Positions 1 to 13,178 of a DNA stretch of 64,000 nt are shown here, piece after piece. Made by a program: the position numbers and the translations under genes. Source of the stretch: Geosiphon pyriformis uo1. Lineage: Eukaryota > Fungi > Glomeromycota. Under the pieces are notes generated by a model. That model did no database searches. It saw only the letters and a list, made by a program, of their open reading frames with translations, and was not told where the DNA came from. Where the stretch lies: the NCBI GenBank assembly GCA_016748015.1, contig JAAOMT010000761.1, forward strand, positions 49,331-113,330. The letters are read 5' to 3'. Numbering within the stretch: position 1 is the stretch's first letter; each line of letters opens with the position of its first letter.

Positions 1-320
1 AGGGTCTGAGGTGTGTATACAAGCGATTATGTGAGAGATAATGAATAGCAGCATAATTTTTGCGAAGGTACATTGCGAATATGAAGAAGATTACTCACGA
101 ATGGCTATGGAGGGACACGAGTATGGATAGATGAGTGAGTCAGCGGATGTTAGGCAATATACAGAAAAAATGTATCCACAACCGATGAATAATATTTATT
201 ATGCTTTATTTTATACTCCTCTCAATGTGCGTGTTGTAATGCATTCCAAATATTCTCACAATATGATCATATTTAATAATTTTTGATGATGAATCAACAG
301 ATTGTTGCAATATTCGCTCA

Positions 321-605
321 CTAATTACCTTGCTTTTCAACTTTAAGTTTTTCAACCAAAAAAGCAATTCTCATTGCTGGTCCTCTTTTCATGCCATCTT
401 GCATAAGTTTTTCTTCAGTTAACAACAGGAAGTTTTGACCGGAAATCCAGTTATCCTTGATTATATTGAGATCTTTTTCTCTAAGGAATAACTCTTTACT
501 CTTTTTCTTAAGGAACTTATTAATTTGTTGTGGAGCCCATGTCTCGATTTCTTCTTTGTTTGGGGTAACATCTTGACTTGGAGTTTCAACTTCCTCTTTG
601 CCCAC
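321..605 (-). CDS. Host gene exon, SAM-like domain of the type found at the N-terminus of Glomeromycotina Crinkler-like proteins (partial)
   Basis: Translation WAPQQINKFL...DLNIIKDNWISGQNFLLLTEEKLMQDGMKRGPAMRIAFLVEKLK fits a SAM pattern (W..V..FL, I.G..FL.L..E.L...G...G). A probable donor AAG|GTAATT near 329 suggests the gene continues after an intron. The 5' end runs into the assembly gap. CpGs are retained in 1-607. Confidence 0.55.
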   Translation of the reverse strand: MGKEEVETPSQDVTPNKEEIETWAPQQINKFLKKKSKELFLREKDLNIIKDNWISGQNFLLLTEEKLMQDGMKRGPAMRIAFLVEKLKVEKQGN

Positions 606-607
606 AT

Positions 608-627
608 NNNNNNNNNNNNNNNNNNNN
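608..627. other. Assembly gap (20 N)
   Basis: Run of n characters. Confidence 0.99.
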
Positions 628-1810
628 TAAAATTTAAGAATTAAATTTTTAATTATAAAAATAAAAATATTATAATTTTAAGGAGTTTTTAAACAATCAA
701 AATAAATACTTTGTTTTTGTTTATCAGATTTTTATACTTAAATTAAGAATAATTATTTATTTTATATATAATTTTTAAAATATTTATTTTGTTACAAATG
801 CAAATTACGTAATTTATTCCAGAAATTAAATTTAACATTTTTAATGTATGTTTAATTTTATTTTAAAATTATTTATATTATTATTAAATAATGTTTAGAT
901 TACTTGAATTTATCAAAAATATTTATAAAAATTTTTGTAATTTAAATTTAAAAATAAATAAATAAAGATATTTTTTATAAAATTTTTTATTAAAATTATT
1001 TAGATATTACAATTTTTTGTTTTTTAGTTTTGATTTAATTTTTAACACTAAAATTTTATTTTTTTGACATCATAAATATTTTTTAAGAAATGCCAAAAAT
1101 TCATTATTTATTTATTTTATTTAATAATCTATTTATAATTATTGAAAAATAATGTAAGTTTTTTTAATAATTAAAACAAACAATTAATTTTTAATTAACA
1201 AAGTTAAATATTTATAAATATATGTTAATAATAATTAATTAAAAGTAAAACATATTTATATGACTTAAAATATTATTTATAATAAAAATAAACCAAAAAT
1301 AAATGCGTTTGGACCTCACTCGTAAAAAAAATAAAAAAAAATAAAAAAAAATAAAAAAAAATAAAAGTTAAAAAAACGTTTTTAATATATATATAATTAT
1401 ATTAATTTCTTAAATATTTTTAAAAATTGCATATTTTTAAAAAATATATATTAATATATAATTTTTTTTCATACATTAATTAAAAATAATTATTTTTTTT
1501 ATTTTTTTAAGTAAAATTTAAATATAACTTAATATAATATATTAAATAAATTGATTTAAACTAAACATAAATTATGTTTTTTTTATATATAATTAATTAT
1601 TTAGACCAGTTAAAACAACACTATATATTTATTATAATACTAATAAAATTATTAATATTTACAAAAAATAAACACAACTTATATAATTCAAAACAAATAC
1701 CAAAAAATTTAGCAATTTTTAATAGTTAAATAATACTATCAAAAAGTAAATATAACAACTTAAAATTTATAAAAGACAAAAAATTATTATAAAATATTAA
1801 GGAAATAGAT
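628..1810. repeat. Extremely AT-rich DNA, probably end-stage decayed repeat
   Basis: Almost only A/T, no ORFs, no recognisable motifs except 1308-1366. Confidence 0.5.
1308..1366 (+). mobile_element. Extremely 5'-truncated LINE 3' end with (TAAAAAAAAA)n tail
   Basis: TTTGGACCTCACTCGT+A-tail matches the 3' terminus of LINE-1 (TTTAGACCTCACTTGTT+A13, 8527-8556); the tail is about four 10-bp TA9 units. Confidence 0.65.
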
Positions 1811-1939
1811 AAAAAAATCTTTTTCTTGTTGATTCTCTAACCATGATGAGAGCAAAATACATACCAAAGTTATTGCTGTTCTCTTTCCCTTTTCCCTGTT
1901 TTTTCTTTAGTTATTTCTTTGCACACATCTTTATTTGTT

Positions 1940-3757
1940 ATGATAGAATTGGTAGACTTGTCTGCTGGCAGTTTTGGCTCTGGCTCGGCTGATTTGGAAA
2001 CCCACCCTAACACCAAAAAGAAGCATATAAAGAGTGTCTACTTTTACAGTACATTATTTAAAAAACCAAAAAAATTTAAAATAGGTGGTATTATAATCAA
2101 CTCATCTGCTGGTCCTATTAGTTTAGAGGATATTATTGGCTTTGGCATCAAACCTATAGTGTCTTGGAGAAGTGAAGTTGGTAGCATTACAAGCAGTATT
2201 AGTGGTTTGTTAAATATTGAGAATATGAAAAACACAGTTATGAAAGAGATCAGTTATACTAATTCAGACAACTCAGTAGGTGACAAAATAGTAGATAACA
2301 CTACATCTAAGAAAACCCACACTCACATGTATATATTGGAACATCCACTAAAAGTGCTGAAGTTTGATGTAATGAGCAATAATAATGATGTATTGGAACT
2401 TCCATTTTCCAGATTTGCCAGCCTTAAGTGATTGCCAATTGATAAGTCATGTGTCCTGGAAATTAGATGCAACTTTGTGCTTGCTAAGTCTTTTATATTG
2501 GACATTGATTTATTAGTTGTACCTGACAAAACTAGTGGGAATAAATTGTTTTTTGTTAAAAAATTTTTTTATCATATTGATGATTTTGGAGGAGTTTTGA
2601 CTTTCTCAAAATTTTCAGAAATTATTAGATTTTTATTTACATCTGAATTTAGTCTGAATAAGGCTAAAAAATTGGCACTTTGTGAAAAAATTATTGTTAA
2701 TGATGATTTGAGGAAAGTAAATAGCCACTTGGATTGAGAAATAATTGTTAAGAAGATTCCAGTTAATTTTTTTAAATTGGCTGTGAAGTCTGTTTTTTCC
2801 AAGTTTAGAAAAATTGTGTCAATTAAAATACAACTAATTGGTCTGTGGCAAAAGGCTTTAGTAAAATATGAATCATTTAAAATAACTGATTGATTACAGC
2901 TAAGTGGTCTGTTTTTATGGAAAAACTTGTTTCATTGGCTGTAATCTCAGTTTATATATGTGTGATAAATGTGTAATTGTGTGTTTTGTTAATAAAGCAT
3001 CTAAATTGGCTGCTATTGGTTCTATTCTGGTGTTTAAGAGTGTGAATTTGCACTGGGCTGGCCTTTCTTTGACCTATTGTGCTTAATGCAAACAGTTTAG
3101 TCATATCTCTACCAGGTGTTCATTGGGTGAGAATTCTGGTACTTGTGTTAAGCAGGTGGTAACTTCTCAGGATCGGATCCATTTGGCCAACATATATAAA
3201 AGAAAGCAGACTCCTGTTGTGTGTCCTGTTTTATTTGGAGGTAAAACTTGAGTTTAAATTGCTGGTGGTTCTCCTCCTTGTGTGGTTTTGTCAGTTTTGT
3301 CTGGGGGTAGTTCACTTCTAGGTGTTATATCTTCTTTCTAGAGTCCTGTTCCTTCTGTTGATTCTGGTTTGAGTAATTATTTGGCAGTCTTAGAGTGTTT
3401 TCTAAAGCTTTTGTCAGATTAAGTTTCTGTTTTCTTGAAGAAATTGAGCTTCATGGAGTTGATGTCTTTGATTACATTCCTATCTATTCTTTTCTGGCTG
3501 CTTCTGTTTCTTTAAATCCTGTTTTGGATTCAAATATGGTTTTGGATAATATGTTATTGTTGTCTATTTTCTCTCTCTTTGCTAGCTCTAATGTGGTTAC
3601 TGATTTCAGCATTAGTAGCTCTAAAGTTTTAACTACCAAAGTGAAAAAATTGAAGTTAAAAATGGTGGCTTTGAAAGTATTAGTTAATTCAGTTCTGGTT
3701 AGATTGAATTGTCTGTGTTTTGGTTTGAATTTGGCAGTTCTCTCTTTATCTTAATGA
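1940..3757 (+). pseudogene. LINE-1 ORF1 (gag-like, with zinc knuckle)
   Basis: Fragmented ORFs 1919-2431, 2432-2737, 2904-3086, 3395-3754. CA*CKQFSHISTRC (CX2CX4HX4C) at ~3078-3120. Segments such as SFILDIDL, SKFSEIIR and VVKKIP are shared with LINE-2 ORF1. Confidence 0.8.
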
Positions 3758-6700
3758 TTGGTTTGGTTTGAAAAATTACTACATGCAATGTTCAAAATAT
3801 GAACAATTCTGTGAAACAGGACAATATTGTTTATTGGCATAAAGATATGAACAATTTGATTTTGATTATTACTGAAACCAAGTTAAAGAGTAAGATTTAT
3901 CTATGAATTACTAACAAGTTTGATGGTGTTTGTGTTTTCACTTCTGGTATAGATTCTAGTTATTTGGGTTCTGGTGTTACCATTATTATGAACATTTTTC
4001 TGGTTCATTATATATGTAAAATTTCTAAGATATCTGGTTAGCTTTTTTTTGTTAGGCTATTCTTTAAAAATAAACTTTCTGTTTTGATTTTGGGACTCTA
4101 TGCTGGTGCTTCTTCTGTGGTTTGATACTTTCAAGCTGGTAATATTAATTTCTTTATTGCAAAGGCTGTTAATGAGTCTTCTTTTGTCATCCTTGGTGGT
4201 GATTTCAATGAGGATAGTTCTCATAAAAGTGTGAATTTTTGAAAATGTATTAATTTAGGACTGGTTAATTCTTTGGTAAACAGCTCAACTATGAAAAAGC
4301 ATATTTGGGAAAATTTAAGAAGCATCATGAAAATAATTAATTATGTGTTTGTTTCTTAGAATCTGGTCAATGCTATAGTGCAGCACAATGTTTTGGAGAT
4401 CAATGAGCATTTTGACACAGATTACCGAGCTGTTTCTGTGTCTGTAAATTTGGATGAACTTTTGGATACACAATTGAACTTTATTCACAAGCAAGCAAAC
4501 AAAAATCATTGGAAGTTTGATTTCAGAGGTGTTAATGAAGATAAGTAAAGCAGGTTTAAATATACTACAGTAGCCAATGCTGCCATGTTTTTTGCTGAGT
4601 TTGCTGTTGCTGTTAAATTCTCAGATTTGGATGTAATATGAGATATTATTTACAAGATGATGACTTTTTTGGCTGGTGAGATTTTTAAAAAAAAATGGTG
4701 CAAGAGTTTTAATGAGGTTTTCATCAAAGATTCTTTGAGGTTTTATAAACTAGAACTTTTGGTTTCAAAAATTGTTAAGACTTCTCATAAGAAGAGTGTT
4801 GTCAATTTTGTCTTCCTTATGAAACATTGAGACTCTTTAAACAATGCTTAGTCTTTGGTTATTCAAGATCTTGTGAATACTGGTGTGAACTTTAATCATG
4901 TCTGTTCTGCTCTTTATGATTTTAGAAAGTCATATTATGTATCTAAGCTTGCTGAATCTCTGAAGGCTAATAAAGCAAATATTAAGTCTGTTATTGATAA
5001 AAAGATGGAAAGCTTTGAGATTAATAAGGGTTATACAATCAGAAGTGTGCTGAAGTATTTATTTTACAAAGTGGTTTTTAATTATCTGGTGGTTGATAAT
5101 GAACTGATTCTGAAACCTAATTTGGTTAAGTTTAAGATAGATGTAATTATAAAGGATTAGACTAAAAAGCATAGAGTAATAGATAATATCTCTAGTGACT
5201 GGCATTGTTAATATTAATCTTTGGAGTATGTTTTTGATAAATTTTTTTCTGGTGTCATGAATTCGATTGATTTTAATGAATTGGTTGGAATAGTTTCTGA
5301 TTTGCCTGATGGCAAAGCTGCTGGTCTTTCAGGTGTATCGAATAAACTTTGGAAGTATTGTGACAAGGCAGTTTTAAATATGTTTTTGGTGCTTTTGAAT
5401 TTTTATCTGTTTGGTAAATTGGTGTCCAGCTCTTAAAAAGAGACTTGGGTCTTGATAATTTCCAAATCATATGAGTGAGAGTGTGTTTTGATGAATACCC
5501 ATCCTATTGCTTTAATTGAAATAGCTTATAAGATTCTTTCTAACAAGATTTTTTTGGCATGCAGCACTTTTAATGTTTTTTATGGGAACAATTTATTTGT
5601 TTTGAAGGATATAATGACTCTGTCTCCCATTTTTGTGGTTGGTTTGGTTATTGAGAATGCTTTGGAAAAGAACTGGAAGCTTTGACTAGTTTTGTAAAAC
5701 ATGCAGAAAGTGTATAATTTGGTTGGTTGGGAGCATCTTGAAAAAAGTTTGATTAGAATCAAAATGTGCAGCAAGTTCATTCAATTCTTCAGTAATATTC
5801 ATAGGGATCATATCAACAGAGTTATAACAGATTTTGGTTTGATGAATAGTTATTGCATACATAATGGTCTGGACCAAGAAGAGGTGTTTTTTTCTTTTTT
5901 GTGGCACATATTTTATGATCCTCTTTTGTGTGAAGTCAAGCATCAAGAAAGTATATATGGATACAGATTGAATTCTCATTTTATTTTCAAAAGTGGTCAT
6001 CTTAAATCTTAGGCTGAACTTTTTTCCTTTTTTGCTGTTGGCACTTTTGTTGATAATACAATTTGGGTTGGTAGCAGTCAGAGTATTATTCAACATATTT
6101 TCAACATTGCTGGTAAATTTTTTCGGATCAATGACATTTTAATTAATAATGATAAGACAGTGGCCATTCCCATCAATAGCAGAGTCAGCAATTCTTCTCT
6201 TTCTATTAGTGGCTTACCAATCTCTATTGCCAAAAGAATGAATCTCATTAGTATTTGGGTATTTTTCTTTTAACTGAGGGTCTCTTGAAGCCTAATTTAG
6301 CTAAGACAAATTCAGATGTTTATTTTTTTACCAATCTGGTCTTAAGAAAAGTTATCTCGAATAAACAGCTCTTGTATTTAGTATTAGCAGTTCTCCATTC
6401 TATAGTTAGCTATAGAATGCAGTTCAGCTTTGTTTCTGTTGGTGTGTACAATAAGTGGAATGCTCTAATTTGTAAGAGCTTAAAACTTAAATCTGGTCTA
6501 TTATTTGATTTTTTTAGTAACACAATTCACCACTCTTCTTTTTATGGTTTGAAAATTTTCTTATAAGTTCAGTCTAAGAATAAAGTTGCTTCCCTTGTTA
6601 GTTTTATAAACTCTAGTGGAGTCTTGGGTCACTTGTTTTCTTACAGATCTCATGATTTACAAGTTCTGTGTTGGTGCTCTGTTTATTTATTGAGTTTTCC

Positions 6701-8429
6701 TGTTTGTATATGTGTTGGTGCTTCTAATAACTTTCTGGTAAACATAATTCATATTCTTCTTGATTGCAATTTGTCTCTGGGTGGCTCTTTGGCCAGTTTC
6801 TTTTGGTTTTATGATGGGATTTCCATGTTTGCTGTTCTGGGCAAGTCAAGATTTCTCAAGTTTCTCTCTTCTCTCTGTTAGTATGGCATAGTTTTTGTAA
6901 ATCAACTTTGTAATAATCATAGTACTATCTTTGATTGGTGTACTTTTAAGTGGTAGAAGAAACTGGATCCCTGTGGCCCTGTTTTTGAGTAGTTCAAGAT
7001 TTCTGCAATGTTTCTCAATAGTGTGGTTTTCTTTTCTGCTCATTTTTTGGTTTCAAATGGAGTTGGTTCTTTAAATATTCTTAACTCTGGTAACTTTGTA
7101 TCTGTTTGTAACCATCTTTCTTGGATTGTTTCTGGTAGTTTATCTGTATATACAAATGGGTCTCTAAAGAATTTGGGCACAGTTGGCTGTAAAGCTGGCA
7201 TTGCCACTTTTTTCAAGAACATTAATTTGGGTTTGGACATTGGTGTATCGGATTTGATGTTATCAACTATGACAAAATTACAGATTATTGTATTGGCCTT
7301 AGAATATGTTTCCCTATCTAACTTTGTTTGCTTGTTTTCAGATAGTCAATCTGCTTTGGATATTTGTAAGTCAGAATTGGGTTTAGTGTGTCTGGACTTT
7401 TGCAACTGGTGTTAGATTAAGTGCCAGCATATTGTTAATGTCATTTGTAGTAAGAATTTGAAAATTAGTTAACACAAAATAAAGGATCACTTTGGTGTTT
7501 CAGGGAATGAGTGTGCTAATATAATTGCTAGTGCTGTCTCTCTCTCTGGTTGGCATTTTCCTTCTCACTTGAATGAACACTTCATAGTGACTAATGGTGG
7601 TGTTGTTTTTGGCAATTCTAGACATTTTGTACATAATGTTTATCATTCAGTTTGTTATACACACTAGAAAATTGGTTCTGGTTTTAAGTTTTTAACAGAT
7701 AATTTGCTTTTTGAAATCAATTGGCTCCACTTATTGCTGGTGTGGCATTCTGATTTGCACATGGCTACTGGTTTTACCAACAAGCCCATGGTTAGTACAT
7801 GCTCTTATTTTATGAAGGCCTTACATCATTGTCTGTCTGTTGCCATTCAGAAGTGTCTTTATAACAGACATTATTCTAGTGTGCTGTGTTTGTATTGTGG
7901 TAATATAAAAGTTTCAGATCATGTGTTTTTTTATGAAATTGACAATTCTGTTAGGTGTTGAATATTGAAATCTTATGTGGCTTCATGGAAAACTCTTTCT
8001 GGTTTCTCTTACTTCTTTTTAAATGTGTTATAGTTGTTGTTATTTTGTGTTTCTAATTTCTTTGTATCCATGGCTTTTTATAAGGATTTTGTTTTTAATG
8101 ATTGGTTTCATAAGGCTATTTCCATCTTTTATGATTTCAAGATTGCCAGTTTGGAGATTGTCAAATTTGTGTACTCTCTTGGTCTTGTCTTTAGAAATAA
8201 TATTTGGATGGTTTGTGCTAAATATCGTGCTTATATAGAAAAAACCAGATTGATTTTATTGGATGGTTCAGCTTTTGTGTCAATTTCTGGTTTGGCATTG
8301 GGGTTTTCTGCTGATGTGATTAAATTGTTTGGCATCACCAAAGCTTTTGGCATTTGTATTGAATTCCACAAATCTTGTTCATTTTTTTCAGGTATAAGTG
8401 ACTTAGTCTCGGTTTATATAGCTGTGTAG
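3754..8429 (+). pseudogene. LINE-1 ORF2: AP endonuclease, reverse transcriptase, RNase H, C-terminal Cys/His motif
   Basis: KITTCNV (~3770), GGDFNE (~4195), FDTDYRAV; RT KAAGLSG, HPIALIE, GLDQEE, FVDNT (~6046); RNaseH VYTNGS, FSDSQSAL, KIKDHFGVSGNECA; CLYCGNIKVSDHVF (~7886). Many premature stops. Confidence 0.92.
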
Positions 8430-8556
8430 TGTTGTTCTGATCAGCTTAAGTAGCTGGTCATGTGTAGAAAATACATGATTCACACCTAGTTTAGATTATT
8501 TTTTTGATGTATAGCACTAAGTAGTATTTAGACCTCACTTGTTAAAAAAAAAAAAA

Positions 8557-10917
8557 TATCAAGTTATTTTTTTTATAATGATTTTATACTTGGATTAAAC
8601 TAATTAAATTTTATAATAATAAAGTATTTTCAAACTATACACAAAATTCACAATTTTATTAACAGTTAATTTAAAATTTTTAAAAACTAAAAGAGCTTCT
8701 ATATATTAATTTTTAAAAAAACAACTTTTGTTTAAAGTAATATAAACAGTATTATTAAAATTATATAATAATAATAATTATATAATATACAAAAAAAACT
8801 GGTTAAAATTCAATATAAATTTTTATAAAATTATATATAATTTTAGCAATCTTATACAAATATTAAAATCTATTTTACAGAAAAAAAAAATCTGAAAATT
8901 AAATTTTTATATAATATAAACACAAAATATTAAAGTATTTTTTATTATACAAATATTTACAAATAATAATAAATAAATAAGAATAAAAAAATTTTATGAA
9001 ATAAAACATAAATTAACTATAAATTTATTTATATATTTAATAATCATATAAGAATTTAAATATTAAACCAAAGAAAACTTAATTTAATTAATATTTTTTA
9101 ACAAAATTTTATTAATAATTACAATATTTGATCTAACTTTTTATAGAACACAATTAACAGACTTGAAAATATTATAAACAAAATACTAAATATTACTAAA
9201 AACAATTATATTATTAGTAATATATTTTTTATTAATACAAATAAGAAATATAAAGTTTAAGTAAAAGACAATATTAATTTATTTATTAACTATCTTATTG
9301 TTTTTAATACTTAAATAGCTTTTAATTATAGACTATTTAATTTAAAGATTTTTTATTTTAATCAAATTTAATATATAATATTTTTTTTAATTAATATTAA
9401 CTATAAAAATTAAAAACTATTAAATTTAATTCAAATAAATAAACATTTAATATTGTTTAATTATTTAAGTAGATTATAATACAACTAAAAACAAGAACAT
9501 ATTTTAGAAAAAAAGCAATTGTTTATAGCTTAGCCAAAATAAAAAAAAGCAAATTGTTAATTTTAATTCTTATTATCAAATTAAAATTTTCAAAAAATAC
9601 AATAGTCTTATAATTTATACCAAATATACTTAAAATTTTTTAAATATTATCAGTATAAACATTTATAATAATTAAATTAGTTATCAAAAAACGATTTTTT
9701 ATAATATAAAATTCATTAAAACCCAAAATATTTAAAAATAATTTATGATATACAACAAAAAAATTGTGAAAAAAAGTCTTATAATTCAAAAAACTGGCAG
9801 TTAATTTAAATTAAATAAGAACAAAATTTTTGAAATCAAATTTTTTTTAATAATAAAAACTTTTTTAATCAAAAATTAAACTGTTTTTTTATAAATAACT
9901 GCTTAATAAATATAATATTAAATTTTTTGAAAATATAGTAAATATTAAAAAAAAAACAAAGATATTTAAAACATAAGATATTGAAGTATTATCAATAAAA
10001 CAAAATATTATTTATAAAAAAAAATTATAACTTAGAAATATTTTAACTATATTAGTCAAGAAATTATTTATTAAATTAATTTTTAACTTAACAAAAAATT
10101 GCAAAGAATAATTAAAAGATTAATTTAAAATCTGCAGATTCAAAAACCTAAAGTTAAATAAACAACCAAAATTTTATTTATATTTAAAAATATTATTACT
10201 AAAATTATTTTGTTTTTAGCCTATATTTATTTAATTTTTTTAATTTATACAATAAAAAGTAATAGAGAGTTTTGTTAAAAAAGTTTTTTGATAAGCTAAA
10301 CTTTTTAAATTTTTTTTAATTAAAGTATTTTACTTATAATATATATTTTTAGAAATAAAATTGAATTATATTCTATAAATAATTATTAGCTGTAAAATAA
10401 CTAATACTAAATATAAAAACTACTTATTTATAATAAATTTTTTTAAAATTATATCTGTAAAAAACTTAATATCTAAATAGATTTTAATTAAACTAAATTT
10501 AAATAGATCAAATTATAACAGAAATATATTTAAATACTTATTAAATTTTTATTTTCATAATTGAAATTAACAAATTACTAATAAACAAACATAATACTTT
10601 TACTTAATAATTAATAAAAATTGTCACAGTTTTATTATTGTTAATTAAAATATTATTAATTTTAAAAAATTCACTTATAATATCTAAAATATATTATATA
10701 ATAGCTTAATTATTTTTTATTCAAATTGTATTATTAACAAAAATACCAATTACAAAAAAAAATAATAAATTAACATAATTTTAATTTTACTTATTTGATA
10801 AAAAACATAGTATTAATTTTATATTTATATAAATGTTTTTGTTTATTTATTTTACATAAAAAAAATCATAAAATATTTTTAATAAAGTAAAAAAAAACTT
10901 TATCTTAGTTTAAACTA
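8557..10917. repeat. Extremely AT-rich decayed repeat, possibly a relic gypsy pol on the + strand
   Basis: Near-total loss of C/G. Faint integrase-like echoes at ~9480-10130 (TRTYFRKKA, IIKRLI) are not convincing alone. Confidence 0.35.
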
Positions 10918-11376
10918 TTCTTATAAGTTGAAATAATAAGCTAACAGATAACAAAAAAAAACAGAATTGTAGAGTAATAAAATTAATTAAAGAAAAAATT
11001 ACAATAAAAAAGCAAATTAAATTAATAAGAATTTAATCTATGTGATTAGTTTCATAAAAATCACAATTATAAATTTTTTCTAAAAATTTAAAAAAATAAT
11101 CTATTATTATTAACAAAATAATATTACTGCTATTATTTTATATTTCAACTTAGCAATTTTTAGAATTAATAACAGATATTATTGTGTTTTTTAATTATTT
11201 TAGAAATAATATATGTAAATTATATTAAAAAATACTTTTTTCTCTCCTTTGTTCAAAATTTTCAAAAAAGAGTCAATAGGTTTTTTTTTGAAAAAAGTTT
11301 TTTTACAATTTAATATAACAAATTCAAACTTTTTTTGCTTGATTACGAGGCTACCGTTGGCTATAGTATTGTTGTA

Positions 11377-13178
11377 ATGAAGAAGTCTGTCAAAAGCTTT
11401 GGTTCTGTTATTGTTAATAAGAATATTGTAAAGGATGTTGCTTCTAGGAAAAAAAAGATAAGTGGTGTTTTAAAAGATGGTGCTGCTAATGAACTAGTCT
11501 TGCTTAAGAAAACTGCTAAAGATTTTTGGAGGTCTAAGCTAGTGATACCACTGAATCTGATAGTATTAATATGGAAAAGAAGTGCTTGGTAAAGGAAACT
11601 AGTGTGAATTATAGTAAAAAGAACTTGTTTATAGAAGACAATTTTAATCAGATGCCAAAGGATCCGAGATTGGTAACCAAGAAAGCCATAGGTATGTTTT
11701 TGGAAAAAATCAATTTTTTGAATAATGTTAGTAATGATGACATTTTGTTGGATACTCCAGTGATTCTCCCTTCCTTTCTAAAAAATCTGGTCAATGTTTC
11801 TGTTCAAAAATCTTTTGCCATGGATATTGAACTTGACAAGATGGCTGGAAAGTCTTCTCAGGAAAAGCTAGTAGTAGTCAAAAGATTGTTTTCAAAAGTC
11901 AATAGTTTTGGGAGGGCCTTTATTCCTTCAAAATTTTCTGGGATCATCCATGCTTCTTTCATTTCTAAAGCTAGTTTGACACAGATAATGGAAAAAGCAA
12001 GAGCAGCAGACATTTTAGTAAACACTGATCTTAAAAAATCAACTATTTATTCAGATCAGGCTGTAGTGGTAAAGAAAATTTCAGTTGGAATATTGGCTAA
12101 AGCTGTGTGTGCTGTGCTTTCTGAATTTGGTTCTGTTATGTTGATCAAGATGCAATTGGTAGGACTATAGCAAAAGGCTGTGATTGAATTTGCCCAATCA
12201 GATCAGGCTGATTTGGTAGCAGCTAGATGGTCCATCTTGATTAGAAAAAATGCCGTGAGAGTGGCCAAGACTAATGCAGACAAAGAATCTTGGAATATGA
12301 GGAATCAGCATAGAGCTTTGCTCTATACACTGCTAATGGGCACTAATATTTATGACATCTGGGACTTCATTGGCTCTGTGGATGGGAAAACATGTGTCAT
12401 TGATTAACACTCTGTTACATATGCCAGGGCCAGATGTGCTGTTGTTTGTTTTAACTCTGCTGTTTTAATTAATGCTATTATGGAAACTACATCTGTTTTA
12501 AAGAGTGTCAAGCTATATTGGTCTTATCTGAGTTCTGCTAAGTATGCTAAGTGTGAGAATTTGAGTCATATATCTCTGAATTGTTCTGTAGATGGGAATG
12601 TCTCTCCTGGTGGCCCAACTCACAGGATATTATTGGATGATAATAAAAGTAGATTGGCTTCCATTTATGCTAGACATTCTGCTCCAATTTCCTGTCCTGT
12701 TTTTTTTGGTGGTGTCTTATGAGCCAATATTGTTGGTGGGTCTTCATTCCCTCTTCTCTTTGTGCACAATGGCTTAGCTGTTTCTGGTTCTTCTTTGGAG
12801 ATGAAATCTACTTTAGTAATGTCTATGGAATTGAATGATAGGTTTGCTGCTCTTAAGCATAATCTTGCCAGCCTCATAAAACATGTTGACAAGTTGGTTA
12901 AGAGGTTGAACTTACCTGAACCAATGGTTTTTCAGCTTAGTTTTGGATGTCAGTTATTGGTGACTCCTTTATTACAGAATCAAAGAGCAAATACAGTAAT
13001 GAGTAAGAATTCAGGTCTGGTCACTGGTAGTGAGGCTATTGTGGGAGTGGTGGTTTTTAATCTTTCAGTTATCTCTAAAATGGAAGAAACTCTGAACAAT
13101 CTTTCAATTACAGTTATGGATCTTTCAGCCAAAATAAACAATGCTGGTTTAGATTCTGCTGTTCATCATTCTCAATGA
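11377..13178 (+). pseudogene. LINE-2 ORF1 (gag-like)
   Basis: ORF fragments 11335-13178; degenerate knuckle YAKCENLSHISLNC (~12540-12585); ends ...HSQ*. Confidence 0.8.

Larger units (their letters stand above)
1815..8556 (+). mobile_element. LINE-1: full-length degenerate non-LTR retrotransposon (ORF1; APE-RT-RNaseH-C-terminal Cys/His ORF2; poly-A)
   Basis: Domain motifs listed under its ORFs; 3' UTR then A13 at 8544-8556; collinear with LINE-2. 5' boundary approximate. Confidence 0.92.

Noticed and set aside
1323-1366. Telomeric or satellite repeat
   Set aside because: Directly follows a LINE 3' terminus; interpreted as its A-rich tail.
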